Source of the DNA: Prorocentrum cordatum
Taxonomy: Eukaryota
Assembly: GCA_963575745.1 (NCBI GenBank)
Contig: CAUYUJ010000037.1
Location: forward strand, 496,001-560,000
Length of the DNA stretch: 64,000 nucleotides
Direction: 5' to 3'
Numbering within the stretch: the first letter of the stretch is position 1; every line of letters begins with the position of its first letter. The notes under the pieces are model-generated. The model was not told the DNA's origin. It did no database searches and worked only from the letters and a program-made list of their open reading frames with translations. Of this stretch, positions 33,901 to 45,262 are shown piece after piece. The position numbers were made by a program, and so were the translations under genes.

Positions 33901-36125
33901 CCGACGACAATCAGGAAGGTGCCGTCGGGCCAGCACCTGAAGGACGTCAACCTGGGACCGAAAATCCTCCATGAGCCTCCAGAGCTGCTGTCGGTACCTC
34001 ACCCCTCGGACACCATTAGATCCGCATCGGATCCGTAGCCTGCCCCAGACGCCCTCGTGCTCCTGGTAGCCCTCAGACGCCCAAGCATGAAAGGCCACTT
34101 GGAGGAGCACACGAGGGGCCTTTCGAGTCCAACGTCTATACATATTTCTAAGATGTTTCCGTAGTTCGAGGAGCTCCAATGTTCTTTCCTTTACCCAGTC
34201 CTGACGACGCGGGTCTTCTGGCATAAGATGCTCTCGAGCAAAGGCTGCTAGATGCGCATCCACTCGTGCGCAGTGCGCAGTGGCCGACTCCGACCAGGCT
34301 GGCTCTTGGAACGCAGCCACATGCTTGTCAAATGCTGCACGCACATCTGGATCTCGTAGCCGTTCAGCTTGCACACGCAGCTGCGGCCATCTGTATTGAT
34401 AGACATCAAGTTATCCTGACGGCACGCCGACAGAGACAAAGGTAGCACTGTGATCCTCGACTGCATTAGCCAGATCCACTGTGTGGTCTACCTGTGCTTG
34501 TCTCACAGCACCTAGCCAGTCCTGTGGGATCAGGACATAATCGAGCCTTTTTTTTCTCCTTCCATTCGTGCGCACATGCGTATGATGGGAGTCCCCAGGA
34601 GGCGCTGGAATGAAGGTGGACGGGGCGATGACCTGGAAGCGATGACAAAATGCTCGCATGCAAGTCCCTGAGAAATTCTCCTCGGCCGCCTCAACGTCTC
34701 CAATCTGGGGTGAGGTCCGGGACCCCACCTCTGCATTGGCATCTAGCAGAAACATTGGGTGCACACCAGGTATGAGAAAGCTTCTAACAATATTCTGAGT
34801 ATCTAGCCACCATCGTTCAACCATGGCAACATCCTTACGCGCGCAGTGCGGAGCATGGGCCGCCACAAGCAACAGATGCAGCCCAGGAACGTGCAATCGT
34901 AGCACCAGCCGACTCTCATCGGCGTAGAGCTGCGAGATGCGTTGTCTTCCTGGCTTGGTGCCTTTCACGGGCAGGTCCGCATTGATCCAGATAGCCACGC
35001 CATCAGATCCATTATCAGCACACCTGGAGTAGTACATCATATAGTCTCCGACCCTCCTGGGTAAGGCTGTCTGGAGCCTCGTTTCCAGAACCCCAAGTAT
35101 GTGGTATTGCGCGGTCGCAAACTGCTTGGCCAGAAGCGCGATACGCCCAGGGGCATTTAAGCCGATAACCTTCAGGAGCCCTGAGGACCTGCTGACCTTG
35201 CGGGCACTCTTGTACCTTTGGGAGCCCTGGAGGGTCAGCACGTTGGCCACGCCAAACTTACATACACTCAGGTCCTGGGAGGGGACAACATCTGCGATGC
35301 ACTGGGCCCCGATCACATCCTGGACCTGGTACCCCTTCGAGGCCACATCTGTGACCCTCAAGGCATTAGACTCTGTGATGGACGGCAAACCTATGGTGTT
35401 CTCCTCATAAAGCCACGCCCACGGAAGAGCAGACGAGTCAAAAAGAAGAGAGACAAACGGCATACACTCCATGCTCGGCATCAGGCCCATGCCCGTCAGC
35501 CGCGCGAGCGTGTCAGCAAATTCATTGTATCCCTCACCCCTATGACTATGAACGTGCTCCCCATCCACGGTACAGGGGACCGACAGAAACTGGACCAGGG
35601 ACCTGAAAAATACAAGCCCAGAGTTGCCCACCTCGAAGTTGTTCGTACCCTTCACAACCCCAAGAGTTCGCATCGAGTCCAGTCGGAGCACTATGGGCAC
35701 ATTGCCCAAGTCAGCCTGTGCAATCCATGCTAGGGCCCAGGCCGCTGCAAGAATCTCAGCCGTGTCAGAGTGGAAGCTGGAGGGGAAGAGACCCATCACA
35801 TCCTCGGGGACCAGGTCCGAGATCACTCCCTTGAGCGCACGCGAACCATCACAGCACTCATACACAATAACCACAGCCGACGAAGGCACGAACGAGATAT
35901 CAGCCTGCTGCGCCCCACCTGTTCCATCCGTATATATCAGGACACGCGAAGGGGGGAGGAGGGGGAGGTATGGTACATGCTGCTGCAGCACCTCCACAGT
36001 GGCTGGGTGGAGGTACTCAGACAAAGCACTCTCACACAGCTGATGAACTTGAAATGGCCAAGGCCGTCGAATCGACTCAACGGCTGCTATGACAGGTAGG
36101 AAATCAAAATCTCGGGCCTTCATTC

Positions 36126-36210
36126 GCGGCCACTGGTCAGGGGAAGTCAGATGAGGATCATGATGATCATCAGGGCCTCCACGCTGGGCAGTGGCCGCTA
36201 CTTGTTTCCC
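36126..36210 (-). promoter_or_regulatory. Candidate -1 programmed ribosomal frameshift cassette (ORF1 to ORF2)
   Basis: G_GGA_AAC (36210-36204) is in the ORF1 frame, one codon before the TAG. It is followed by a 5-nt spacer and a perfect 10-bp stem GCGGCCACTG (36198-36189) / CAGTGGCCGC (36135-36126). ORF2 is in the -1 frame. Confidence 0.65.
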
Positions 36211-37568
36211 GTCCGTCCACGCTGGCGGCTGGGCTCCCTCTGCTGGCTGACACTGCGGCGGGCATCCTGGCGCGGCAGACTGGACTCGCGTCTGGGCGAT
36301 CTGCTGCCCGCGCGTGTCGCCACACCGTCCGCCGCAGCCGTCGATGCTGCTGCCGCCTCCGCCTCCGCAGCCGCCGCGGGGGCGGTTGGTGGGGGAGCCT
36401 CCGCGGGTACTGCCGCAGGCACGGCCCCTCCCGTCGCAGGGGCCGCTCGGGCTGCCGGCGCCGCTGCACCAGCCGCCGCCGCTCCCGCCGCAGCGCCGCC
36501 GTGGTCCTCCGTCGCGAAGGTCACGCGCTGCTGCGGCACAGGGGTGTCCAGGCCCCCTCCTGCATGTAGCTGTAGCTGGTGAATGACACCCTGAAAGCCC
36601 TGCAACTGCGCCATCATGGCCGAGATCTGGGCCTGATGTGCTGCCAGCGCGCCCAGCGCTGTGACCGATGGCGCAGGTCCACCATGAGCCCCAGGAACTC
36701 CATGAGCAGCAGGTGGTCCAGCATGCGTCCCCGCAGCACCAAGCCCAGGACTCGGCTGGGCGTTTGCCGCACGCTTGGCACCTTCTCCTTCGGCCGCGAT
36801 CAGGATCTTGAGCTCCGTGATCGTCTTGTTCATGTGGTCGAGATCGCGGCGGGCTGTCTCGACATCGATATTGGCCTGCTTCACCTGCGTCTGCAGATCG
36901 TCCAGCACATCCTGCTCTTTCTGCAAGCGCTTCTCGGCCCGTTCTTGAGCTTCCTCCTGCTTGCCGAGCTGTGCCTTGAGGCCTCTTGCACTGAACAGCA
37001 TTGTCAGCGTCGTGGCAAACTCGAGCACTGCATCGTCGTAGTCCTCGCCTGCATCGAGCCTGTCGAGGATGATCGTATTCAAGGCCTCGAGCCTCGCCGA
37101 GACCTGCTCCTTGTACGCCTCCACCTCGGAGTCGGACGCCTGTGCCCCAGGCGGCGCCCTCCATCTCGGATGTTGGCGAGCATCTCGAGGTAGTGCTGGC
37201 CGTATGTGTAGTAGGTCCTTGGCAGACCTGTAGTCGTCGGACGTCAAGGCACCAGACTCCTGCTGCGAGAAACTCTGGTCCTTCTCCTTGTCCTTGTCCT
37301 TGTCCTTGATGAGGATGCCTCGAGATGGCGAGGCATTTCGTAGTGCACGCATAGCCTTGTCCTTCCCTCCTTTGCCCTTGCCACGGGCTGCTTCTCGAAC
37401 AGGAGGTGCACTGTCCGAGCGGCGGGATGGACGTCGCCATGGAGGCATCTCGGGCTTCGGCGTACCACACTGACGGCAATCCACCCGCTCGTGCCAGTTG
37501 GAACAGAAACAGACCGAGCACGCCCATGGTGATCCTGGAGGAGACCACGGCACTGCTGACTTTCCCAT
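36198..37568 (-). CDS. LINE-B ORF1 (456 aa): RanBP2-type zinc finger, coiled coil, Ala-rich and RS-rich tail
   Basis: First ATG after the relict SL. Motif WACSVCFCSNWHERVDCRQCGTPKP, then a long E/Q/K/L heptad region and RSPRRESS. Confidence 0.85.
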   Translation of the reverse strand: MGKSAVPWSPPGSPWACSVCFCSNWHERVDCRQCGTPKPEMPPWRRPSRRSDSAPPVREAARGKGKGGKDKAMRALRNASPSRGILIKDKDKDKEKDQSFSQQESGALTSDDYRSAKDLLHIRPALPRDARQHPRWRAPPGAQASDSEVEAYKEQVSARLEALNTIILDRLDAGEDYDDAVLEFATTLTMLFSARGLKAQLGKQEEAQERAEKRLQKEQDVLDDLQTQVKQANIDVETARRDLDHMNKTITELKILIAAEGEGAKRAANAQPSPGLGAAGTHAGPPAAHGVPGAHGGPAPSVTALGALAAHQAQISAMMAQLQGFQGVIHQLQLHAGGGLDTPVPQQRVTFATEDHGGAAAGAAAAGAAAPAARAAPATGGAVPAAVPAEAPPPTAPAAAAEAEAAAASTAAADGVATRAGSRSPRRESSLPRQDARRSVSQQREPSRQRGRTGNK

Positions 37569-37834
37569 GGGTCCTGGCCGAGCGGGTCCTTGAGGCTGAC
37601 GACTGTGGTGTCGTTGTAGCAATCTTCTGGCCGCCGCAAGGCGGAGGATGACACGGGCGGCAGCACGGCACGCCCTGGCCCTGCGGTGCCACGCGGGCTC
37701 ACACGCACGCCCTGCGTGGCGCACGGGGCCTGCACGGCCACGAGGCAGCACTACGATGGGCTGCACGTGGCGCGTCTTGCAGCAGTCCCGGAGGTGAGGG
37801 GCTCGCAGTTACCTGGTAACTGCACCCAAGGCCC

Positions 37835-37859
37835 CTCGAGCCGGGACGGCGGCTAAGGA
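37835..37859 (-). other. Decayed spliced-leader relict at LINE-B 5' end
   Basis: Minus strand reads TCCTTAGCC-GCC-GTCCCGGCTCGAG against TCCGTAGCC-ATTTTGGCTCAAG. All five differences in the 3' 13 nt are transitions, and it sits exactly at the element/microsatellite boundary. Confidence 0.6.
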
Positions 37860-38236
37860 GGAGGAGCAGGAGGAGGAGGAGGAGGAGGAGGAGGATGAGA
37901 AGGAGGAGGAGGAGGAGGAGGAGGAGGAGGAGGAGGAGGAAGTGCATCCTTTGTGTGCCCGCTCGAAGAAAGTGCGCCCCGGGAGTGTGATATTCTGACT
38001 TGGGACGTGCTCCCGGAAGAGGAAGAAGTGCATCTCGGGCGTGCCCGCTCGAGGAAAATGCGCCCTAGGGGGGTGGTATTTTGACTCGGGGCCCGCTCCC
38101 GGGACGCCTCTGCGGGAGGAGGAGGAGGAGGAGGAGGAGGAGGAGGAGGAGGAGGAGGAGGAGGAGGAGGGAGGAGAGGAGCAGGAGGAGGAGGAGGAGG
38201 AGGAAAAGGAGGAGGAGGAGGACCAGGAGGAGGAGG
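37856..38236. repeat. (GGA)n tracts interleaved with a short repeated unit (aagtgcatc...gtgcccgctcgaggaaagtgcgccc)
   Basis: Direct reading; three copies of the unit at about 37940, 38026 and 38236. Confidence 0.8.
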
Positions 38237-38939
38237 AAGTGCATCCCGTGCGTGCCCGCTCGAGGAAAGTGCGCCCCGGCGGGCGTCGTATCTGCCCCGC
38301 CCCCCCCCCCCTCCCCCCCCCCTGCGGGGAAGGGATCAAAGGGAAGGGGCTTCCCTTCGACTCCACTACGACGTCGTTGAATTTCGTTTTGGATAGCGCG
38401 CTTCAGGAGGAGAGCCCTGGGAGGGGGAGAACGGAGACGACGGAGACGACGAGTCGAACGGAGAAACCCCTCACACACGCCGACAGGGTCGGCGGTGTTT
38501 TTTTTTCGTCCGCGGCCTTACGGTGCGCGTGCGATCAGGAACCACGCGCACGGACACGTGCACACTGGCTGCAGACTTCGAGCCTCAGGACCTCGATGCT
38601 GCATCTCTGCAAAACCACGCGCATCTCTCTGGGATTCGACGTTGCGAAAAACTCAGCATCGCCGAAACTCACGGCCCGAGCCCTAGACCCCATCTTTCTG
38701 CGGCATGTTTCTAGCCATATCGATGAATAATGGCCCTAGGGCCCGAAAAGCGGGCAAAAACGCCTGGTGTGCAAAACTTGCAGCGCCCGGATCTAGGCTG
38801 AACGCCGCGATCGTTCGGGTGACCCACGTGGCGCCACCGAGGCGTGAGAGCTGCAGTGCGGGGTGGCATCCCCAGCCCAGCCCGGCCAATGAGGGGGCCA
38901 TGTCTTTTCATTTTTCGTCGGAAGATGGACCTGAGCTGG

Positions 38940-39215
38940 TGCGTCGGTTTGGCGGCTATGTGGCCGCCGTCGCCGCCCCGCCGTCGCCTCGTCGCCGCCC
39001 ATCGTCTGGGCCTGTGTGTCGGTCTGGCGGCTATGTGGCCGCCGTTGCCTCCCTGTCGACAACTCGTCGCCGCCCATCGTTTGGGCCTGTGCGCTGGTCT
39101 GGCGGATATGTGGCCGCCGTCGCCACCCCATCGACGCCTCGTCGCCGCCCATCGTTTCGGCCTGTGCGTCGGTCTGGCGGCTATGAGACTACCGCCGCCG
39201 CCCCGTCGACGCCGC
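38940..39215. repeat. 75-bp tandem repeat (about 3.5 units)
   Basis: ggcggctatg recurs at 38951, 39026, 39101 (ggcggatatg) and 39176. Confidence 0.9.
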
Positions 39216-39229
39216 GATTTGCATTGCAT

Positions 39230-39565
39230 TGCAAAACACGGATTGCACCACATAGTTTGCACCACCTAGAACGCACCACGGTGATTGTACCACATATATC
39301 GCACACCATATACTGCACGATGTAGATTGCACAGCATAGGGTGCACCACATAGGTTGCACCACATGGATTGCACCACATAGATCGCCCAACATCGACTGC
39401 ACTACACATGTTGCACAAAGTAGGTTGCTCAACCGCGCGACCTGCATTGCACCCCACAGATTGCACGACATAGATGCTGCACAACATACATGGCATCACA
39501 GATATTGCACCACGTAGACCGCAGCTCATATATCGCGCAGCATAGATCGCACAACATGGATTGCA
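39230..39565. repeat. Degenerate about 19-20-bp minisatellite (gattgcaccacata)
   Basis: Direct reading; related to the inverted sequence near 17110-17290. Confidence 0.75.
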
Positions 39566-39589
39566 GATAGCATATTCTCTTTTCTCAAA

Positions 39590-42345
39590 AGAGAATAGAC
39601 TCTCCCCCCCGGTTTTATCTGTACACTTTTGTGTTCCAATTTACACCCGAATCTGCCCCATCGTCCATCCTAAAAATGGATTCATACCAATACCAGCCGA
39701 GCCGGGTTCGACACCCCCCGCCATCCTCTGCAAAACATACCATGCGCGCGCACTCGTTTATCAATAATCACAAGTTTCCAAGAGTCCCTTGAAACCAATG
39801 GGACGAAGTGCGCACGCGCGCGTCGTCGCGCGCGCATGCCGAAATCCTTCAAAAACCTGCGGTGTCGTAAGGATTTCAAAATCGAGTGCCCCAAAAACAT
39901 ATCAACACATAGGGTTTCGCAACACGAATGTTCAATATCAGCGTGCGCGCACGTTCTTGCGAATTCTTAAGTAAACCATTTGTTTTTTCAACACAGAACA
40001 TGCTGCCAAACGGGCTTCGCGCACGCATGTCGAAGTCGTTCGAACGCCCTTGCGCGCGTGCCGCCGCGAGGATCCTTTGCAAACAATCTGTCGAAGTGCA
40101 CGCGCGCACGCGTCGTCGCGCGCGCATGCCGAAATCTTTCCAAAACTGGAGCTTCCGCATTTATGTCAAAACCGAACGTGCAACAAACATGCAAAAACAC
40201 ATGGTGGTGTTTCAAACTGCTCATGGGATTCTGTCAAACGGGCCTCGCGCGCGCGCATGTCGATAGCTGGCCGCTGCGCGCGCGTGCTAGGGTCGGTGCG
40301 GCCGCAGAGATGCACCAGCCAATGCCAAGCATTCATCGCAATGGCCACCGCATGGGTTTTGCAAACCAAGTTGCGGGTGGGCGGGTGGGAGATTTGCAAG
40401 AGCATGGGATGTGCCAACGCGTATGTTAAAATCAATTGCACCACATATATTATCCCTGCTAAGAAAAACGAATAGACTCTACCTCTTCTCCCCCCGGGAT
40501 TATCGCCCCCCCTTTTCGTATTACAATTTACATATGATTCTGCCCCATCGTCCATCCCTAGTATGAATTCGTACCATCCCAGGCAGGCCTGTATCCGCCC
40601 CACAGTCATCCTTTGCAAACAGTACTATGCGCGCTTCCTTTTTTATCAAAAGGCAGAAGTGTTCAGAAGTGCACTCGCGCGCGTCGTCGCGCGCGCATGC
40701 CGGAATCCTTCCAAAACCTTCGGTGTCGTAAGGGTTTCAAAATCGAGTGCCCAACACATATACAACATAGGGCTTCGCAACACGGGTTTTCAAACGCAGC
40801 GTGCGCGCGCTCTTGCGGATTATTAAGGCAACTACTGGTGCTTCAAATGTTTTAAGAAAATGCTCCCAAATGGGCTTCGCGCGCGCGTGTCGAAATCGTT
40901 CGAACGCCCTTGCGCTCGTGCCGTTGCGAGAATCCTTTTACCATAAATGAGACGAAGTGCACGCGCGTGCGTCGTCGCGCGCGCATGCCGAAATCCGTAC
41001 AAAAACCGGAGACGCCGTAGCGATTTCAAAGCCGAATGTCCAAAACACATACAAACACATAGTTTCGCAACATCAGTTGTCGAAAAAGCGTGCGCTCGCG
41101 CTCTTGCGAATTCTTCAGGAAACCACAAGTTGTCCCATCAGTTCATGGAATTCTGCCAGACGGGCCTCTGGCACCGCAGGCCGACATCGTGCGCGCGTGC
41201 TGGGGGCGCACGGTCCGTGTCACAGAAAACCATGCGGGCCCTTTTCGCGCGTCGGCCGCGCGCGCATGTCGAAGTCTTTTCAAAACCTTTTATCGCGGAC
41301 GCGAGGTCGCCGTCATCGTCGTCGTCGTGGCCGCGCCGTCGTCGGTGCGAACATCGTCACCACCATCGCTACTACCATCATCGTGTCTACCGATGTCGAC
41401 GTTGCCATGGTACCGCGCCCACCCAAATCGCCGACTCGCAGTGAAATGCCCGCTGGGATGTGCCCAGCGGTCAGCGCCACGCTGGCCGCTGCGCGCTCGT
41501 GCTTGGGTTGGCGCGGCCGCAGAGATGGACCAGCCAACGTCAAGCACTCCTCGCAATCGCCGCCGCATGGGGTTTTGCAAACCAACTTGCGGGTTGGTGG
41601 GTGGGATGATTGCGCGGGCGGTGCACGGTAGTCAATTCTTCAGTTGAAAAATAAGTTCTACCATCCTCCCCCCCCCCGGACTGAAGACCCCCCAGGAACC
41701 GATGCAACACACATAGGGTTCTGCCCCATCGCCCATGCTTAATATGAATCCGTACCATCCCAGGCAAGCCGGTATCGCCCCCCCCCCCGACATCCTCCGC
41801 CAAAACATATGATGCGCGCGCATTCATTTATCAACAAGCATAAGTTGTCAAGAACCCCTTGCAAACAACAAGTGCACACGCACGCGTCGTCGCGCGCGCA
41901 TGCCGACATTGTTCAGAAACCTTCGGTGTCGGATAGATTTCAACCCCGAGTTCCCAGAAAACATGAAAAGGAGGGTTTCGCAACACTCGTTTCCAAGAAA
42001 AACTTAAACGCGCGTTCTTGCGAAAACCCTACGGGAATCATAGGTGTTTCAAGATTCATAAAAGAAGAAATGTTGCCAAACGGGCTTCGCGCGCGCGCAT
42101 ATCGAAATCGTTCGACCGCCCTTGCGCGCGTGCCGTCGCGAGAACCTTCTGCAAACAATAAGCCGAAGTGCACGCGCGCGCGTCGTCGCGCACGCATGCG
42201 GAAATCCTTCAAAGACCATCGATGTCGAAAGGATTTCAAAATCAAGTGTCCAGAAACATACAAAACATAGGCGTCGCAACACGGATGTTCAACAAAAGCG
42301 TGCGCGCGCGCTCTTGCGTCGTCGTCGTCGCCGTCCTCCCTCCTC

Positions 42346-42377
<32 letters not shown>

Positions 42378-43130
42378 CACTGTCTTTCCTCGTCGTCGTC
42401 GTCGTCCTCTTTGGCGTCGTCGTCGTTTCCGTCGTCGTTGTCGCCGTGGTCGTCCTTCCTCCTCCCTCGTCGTCGTCGTCGTCCGTCGTCGGCGTCTCGT
42501 CGTCGTCCCTCCTATTTCGTCGCCGTCGTCTTCCCTCGTCCATCGTCGTTGTCGTCGTCGGCGTCGCCGTCCTCCCTCCTTCTTCGTCGTTCGCGTCGTC
42601 GCCGTCCTCCCTCCTCCCTCGTCGTTGTCGTCGTTGTCGCCGTCGTCGTCCTCCCTTTTCCCTCGTCGTCGTCGTCGTATTCGTTGGCGACGTCGTCGTC
42701 GTCGTCGTCGTCATCCTCGTCGTCGTCGTTGTCGTCGTGGTCGTCGTCGTTGAAGGCGTCGTCGTCGCCGTCGTCGTCGTCGGCATCGTCATGTTCGTCG
42801 TCGTCGTCGGCGTCGTCGTCGGCGTCGGCGTCGGCGTTGCCGTCGTCGTCGTCGTCGTCGTTGATGTCGTCGTCGTTGTCGAAGTCGTCGAAGACGTCGG
42901 TGTCGTCGTAGTCGTCGGCGTCGTCGTCGTTGTCGCTGTCGTCGTCGGCGTCGCTGTCGTTGCCAAGTGTAATTTGGTACCCACCGTCACGGTCTTAAGA
43001 AGTCTTGCGACCAAGTTGCTGGTGGGAGGGTGGGATGTTCGGACGAGCAGTGGAGAGGACAGCTTCAAGACAGTCAAAGTGAATTGCACCACTTACGTTG
43101 CACCACATGGATTGCACCACATACATTGTT
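39590..43130. repeat. Three tandem copies of an about 0.9-1.2-kb composite repeat with internal about 290-bp subrepeats; third copy interrupted by a long (GTC)n tract (42318-42965)
   Basis: Recurrent ctgccccatcg(t/c)ccat (about 39652, 40540, 41721), cgtcgtcgcgcgcgcatgccg, and ttgc..gtggg.gggtggga (about 40371, 41587, 43016). Confidence 0.8.
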
Positions 43131-43507
43131 TTCTGAAGAGCCTCGCAGACTGCCGACGTCCCCGCCGCCCCCTCACTCTTATTATTCGATCCTGCAGGGT
43201 GCTACGTATGTTGGCCGTGGTGTAGCGTCAATCCCCAACTCCCTCGATACATTGCAGTCGCAACGCGCGACGAAAGGCGACCGAGCGAGGGTCCGCAGAC
43301 GAACGGGGCGAGGGCCGCAGAAGACGCCGAGCGGAAGGGACCGACCGAAACGCCGAGCAGGGGCCGAGAACCTGGCAGGGACAATACAACAGTCAGGGGA
43401 GGGGCACGGGCCGGGATGGAGGAGCACGGGAGGAGGCGGGAGGGGAGGCTGGGGAGGACCGCGACCAGCGGGGCGCCCGCGCGGGGGGCGGGGCGGGGCA
43501 TCGAGGC

Positions 43508-43576
43508 GTGGTGCTGGATGGCCACGTGCAGCGGCGTCTTGCCGCCCGCGGCCAGCGCGTTCGGGCTGCGCTTGGC
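43508..43576 (-). CDS. Exon of an ankyrin-repeat protein gene
   Basis: AG|G acceptor, 23 codons AKRSPNALAAGGKTPLHVAIQHH (ankyrin PN...G.TPLH.A motif) and a GC donor. Other exons were not located. Confidence 0.65.
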
Positions 43577-44194
43577 CTCCGCTCCGAGGGGGGAGGCCCT
43601 GCTTGTTCGAGTCGGCGGCGATGCGGTCGCGAAATTTTGGTTAGTGCGTCGCTCGATCAGTCCTGGCCCACCGCGCCTCTGCGCGACGCGCTACTTCGCG
43701 GTCCTCGGACGTCCGCGTGCCGAGCTTTTCCCCGCCTCCCACCTTGCGGGAGCGGAGCGACACGCCATCCGTTTGCAGGGCATAGCGTGTCGCCGGGGCC
43801 GCCGCCGCAACACGCTAGGCAAGAGTTCCCGACCGTATGGTCTTACTTCGGCGGCGAGTCCCCGGGCCTTCTGGGGAGTTTTTCTGTCTTCCCCGAAGAC
43901 GCAGAAGCCTTCCCGGAAGGCGCGAGGGCTCCGGAAGAAGCCACGCCGCCGTCTGAGAAGGCCCCCTCCTCCTCACTTCCCCCCCCCTCGCTCGCCGCCG
44001 ATCCTCGGGGTCCGAGGTCACCGCACGGTCTGTCGCCGCACGGTCTGGCAGGCCCCCGGGCGCGCCCCCGAGGCCGCGGCGGGCAGCAGGCGGAGAAGCC
44101 CGCACGCAGAGGGCGGCAGCCACAAGAGGCACCACCCGTCGGGGAGCTCCCACAGCAAGGCGCGCGGGCGACATGCCCCGAGACCCGGGCGGTG

Positions 44195-44420
44195 AGAGGG
44201 AGGGGAGGGAGGGAGGGAGGGAGGGAGAGGAGGGAGGGAGGGAGAGGAGGAGGGAGGGAGAGAGGGAGGAGGAGGAGGAGGAAGAGGAGGAGGAGGAGGA
44301 GGAAAAGCAGGGAGTGAGGGAGGGATGGAGGGAGAGAGGAGGATGAGGAAGAGGAGGCGGAGGAGGGAGGGATGGAGGAGGGAGGAGGGAGAAGGAGGAG
44401 GAGGAGGAGGAGGAGGAGGA
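44195..44420. repeat. GGA/GGGA purine-rich low-complexity tract
   Basis: Direct reading. Confidence 0.9.
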
Positions 44421-45262
44421 GCCTTGAGATCTGGGCGTTGCAATTGTATTTACTCTGGGCGTCTTCGCCCGGTGTCGGGCCCCGGAGCCATCACAGATCG
44501 ATCGGGCTCGGTAAATGCAGCAGAGCTATGCGGTCCGGGGCACTGGTCGTGATTTGGTTCGCGGTGTTGCATGTTGTTTTTGCAAGTTCGGATCGCAAGT
44601 TGGAAGCGAGGTTCAGGGCAAATGCCGACTATCAGAGTAGGGAAAAGCGTACGTACCGATGCCGATGCCCTGTCCTTCCCTCCCCATCCGTCCCCTCGGG
44701 CCTCCTGGGGGGGGCCCTCGCCGGACTGGACCTACCTCGGCATCCTTGCCAGATCTCACCGTGGGAGAGGTCCAGGATGTAGCGTTCGGGGCTCATGTGA
44801 CGGGGGCAAGCGCTAACGGGGGTCAGCAAGTCCCCGCAAGTAACTCGTATCTTCAGCTATTCATGTTGTATTGGGTTGTTTGGCGTGGGATTCGGGATCG
44901 TATAGAGAGGGACTGCGGTGCAAACTGGCGTGTCCATGCTACTGCTTGCGCTACATTGCGATACATGTGAAGATTCTGGATGATACGAAGTGGGGGTATA
45001 CATATCATTCCCCTGCTGCTGTCTACTGCGACATGGTGCATTACTGTTGACACGCACGGCCAGTCTAGACCGTTACGCGGGCCACAGGATTCCCCAAGCG
45101 ACTGACATGTTCATGCGCGTGCTTCACGCTCGGGCTCGCGCACGGTTGACAAATTATCTTGTGCAGTCGCACACTCAGAACAGCAAGCATTCGGATGATG
45201 TGATCCGTGGTGGTAAGAAATCGACCTCCAGCGCCCACCAACGCAGCATCCCGACCACCCTC

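Larger units (their letters stand above)
29608..36210 (-). pseudogene. LINE-B ORF2: RNase H - APE - RT - 2x C2H2-like zinc finger - C5 DNA methyltransferase
   Basis: RNase H motifs IYTDGT, TAEILA, RLDS, HVHSH..GYNEFAD. APE motifs ANVLTL, VLETR, AHAPH, LDANA, RLDYV, EDH. RT motifs QCGG..GRGTD, FVDL, GARPG, HSDD, YKHLG. Zinc fingers CPFC..H..H and CPIC..H. Lesions are an in-frame TAA at 34411-34413 and frameshifts near 31150 and 30390. Confidence 0.9.
29530..37859 (-). mobile_element. LINE-B: full-length, inactivated non-LTR retrotransposon carrying a cytosine methyltransferase
   Basis: ORF1 plus RNase H-APE-RT-C2H2-DNMT ORF2. Decayed SL at the 5' end, a short tandem-repeat 3' tail, and (TCC)n on both flanks. 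Confidence 0.9.

Noticed and set aside
36211..37692. N-terminal half of the 1093-aa track ORF as real protein
   Set aside because: It is a G/R/C-rich shadow of ORF1. Recognisable ORF2 motifs begin only after the ORF1 stop.
42122..43225. Poly-Val/Thr/Ser ORFs
   Set aside because: These are translations of the (GTC)n microsatellite.
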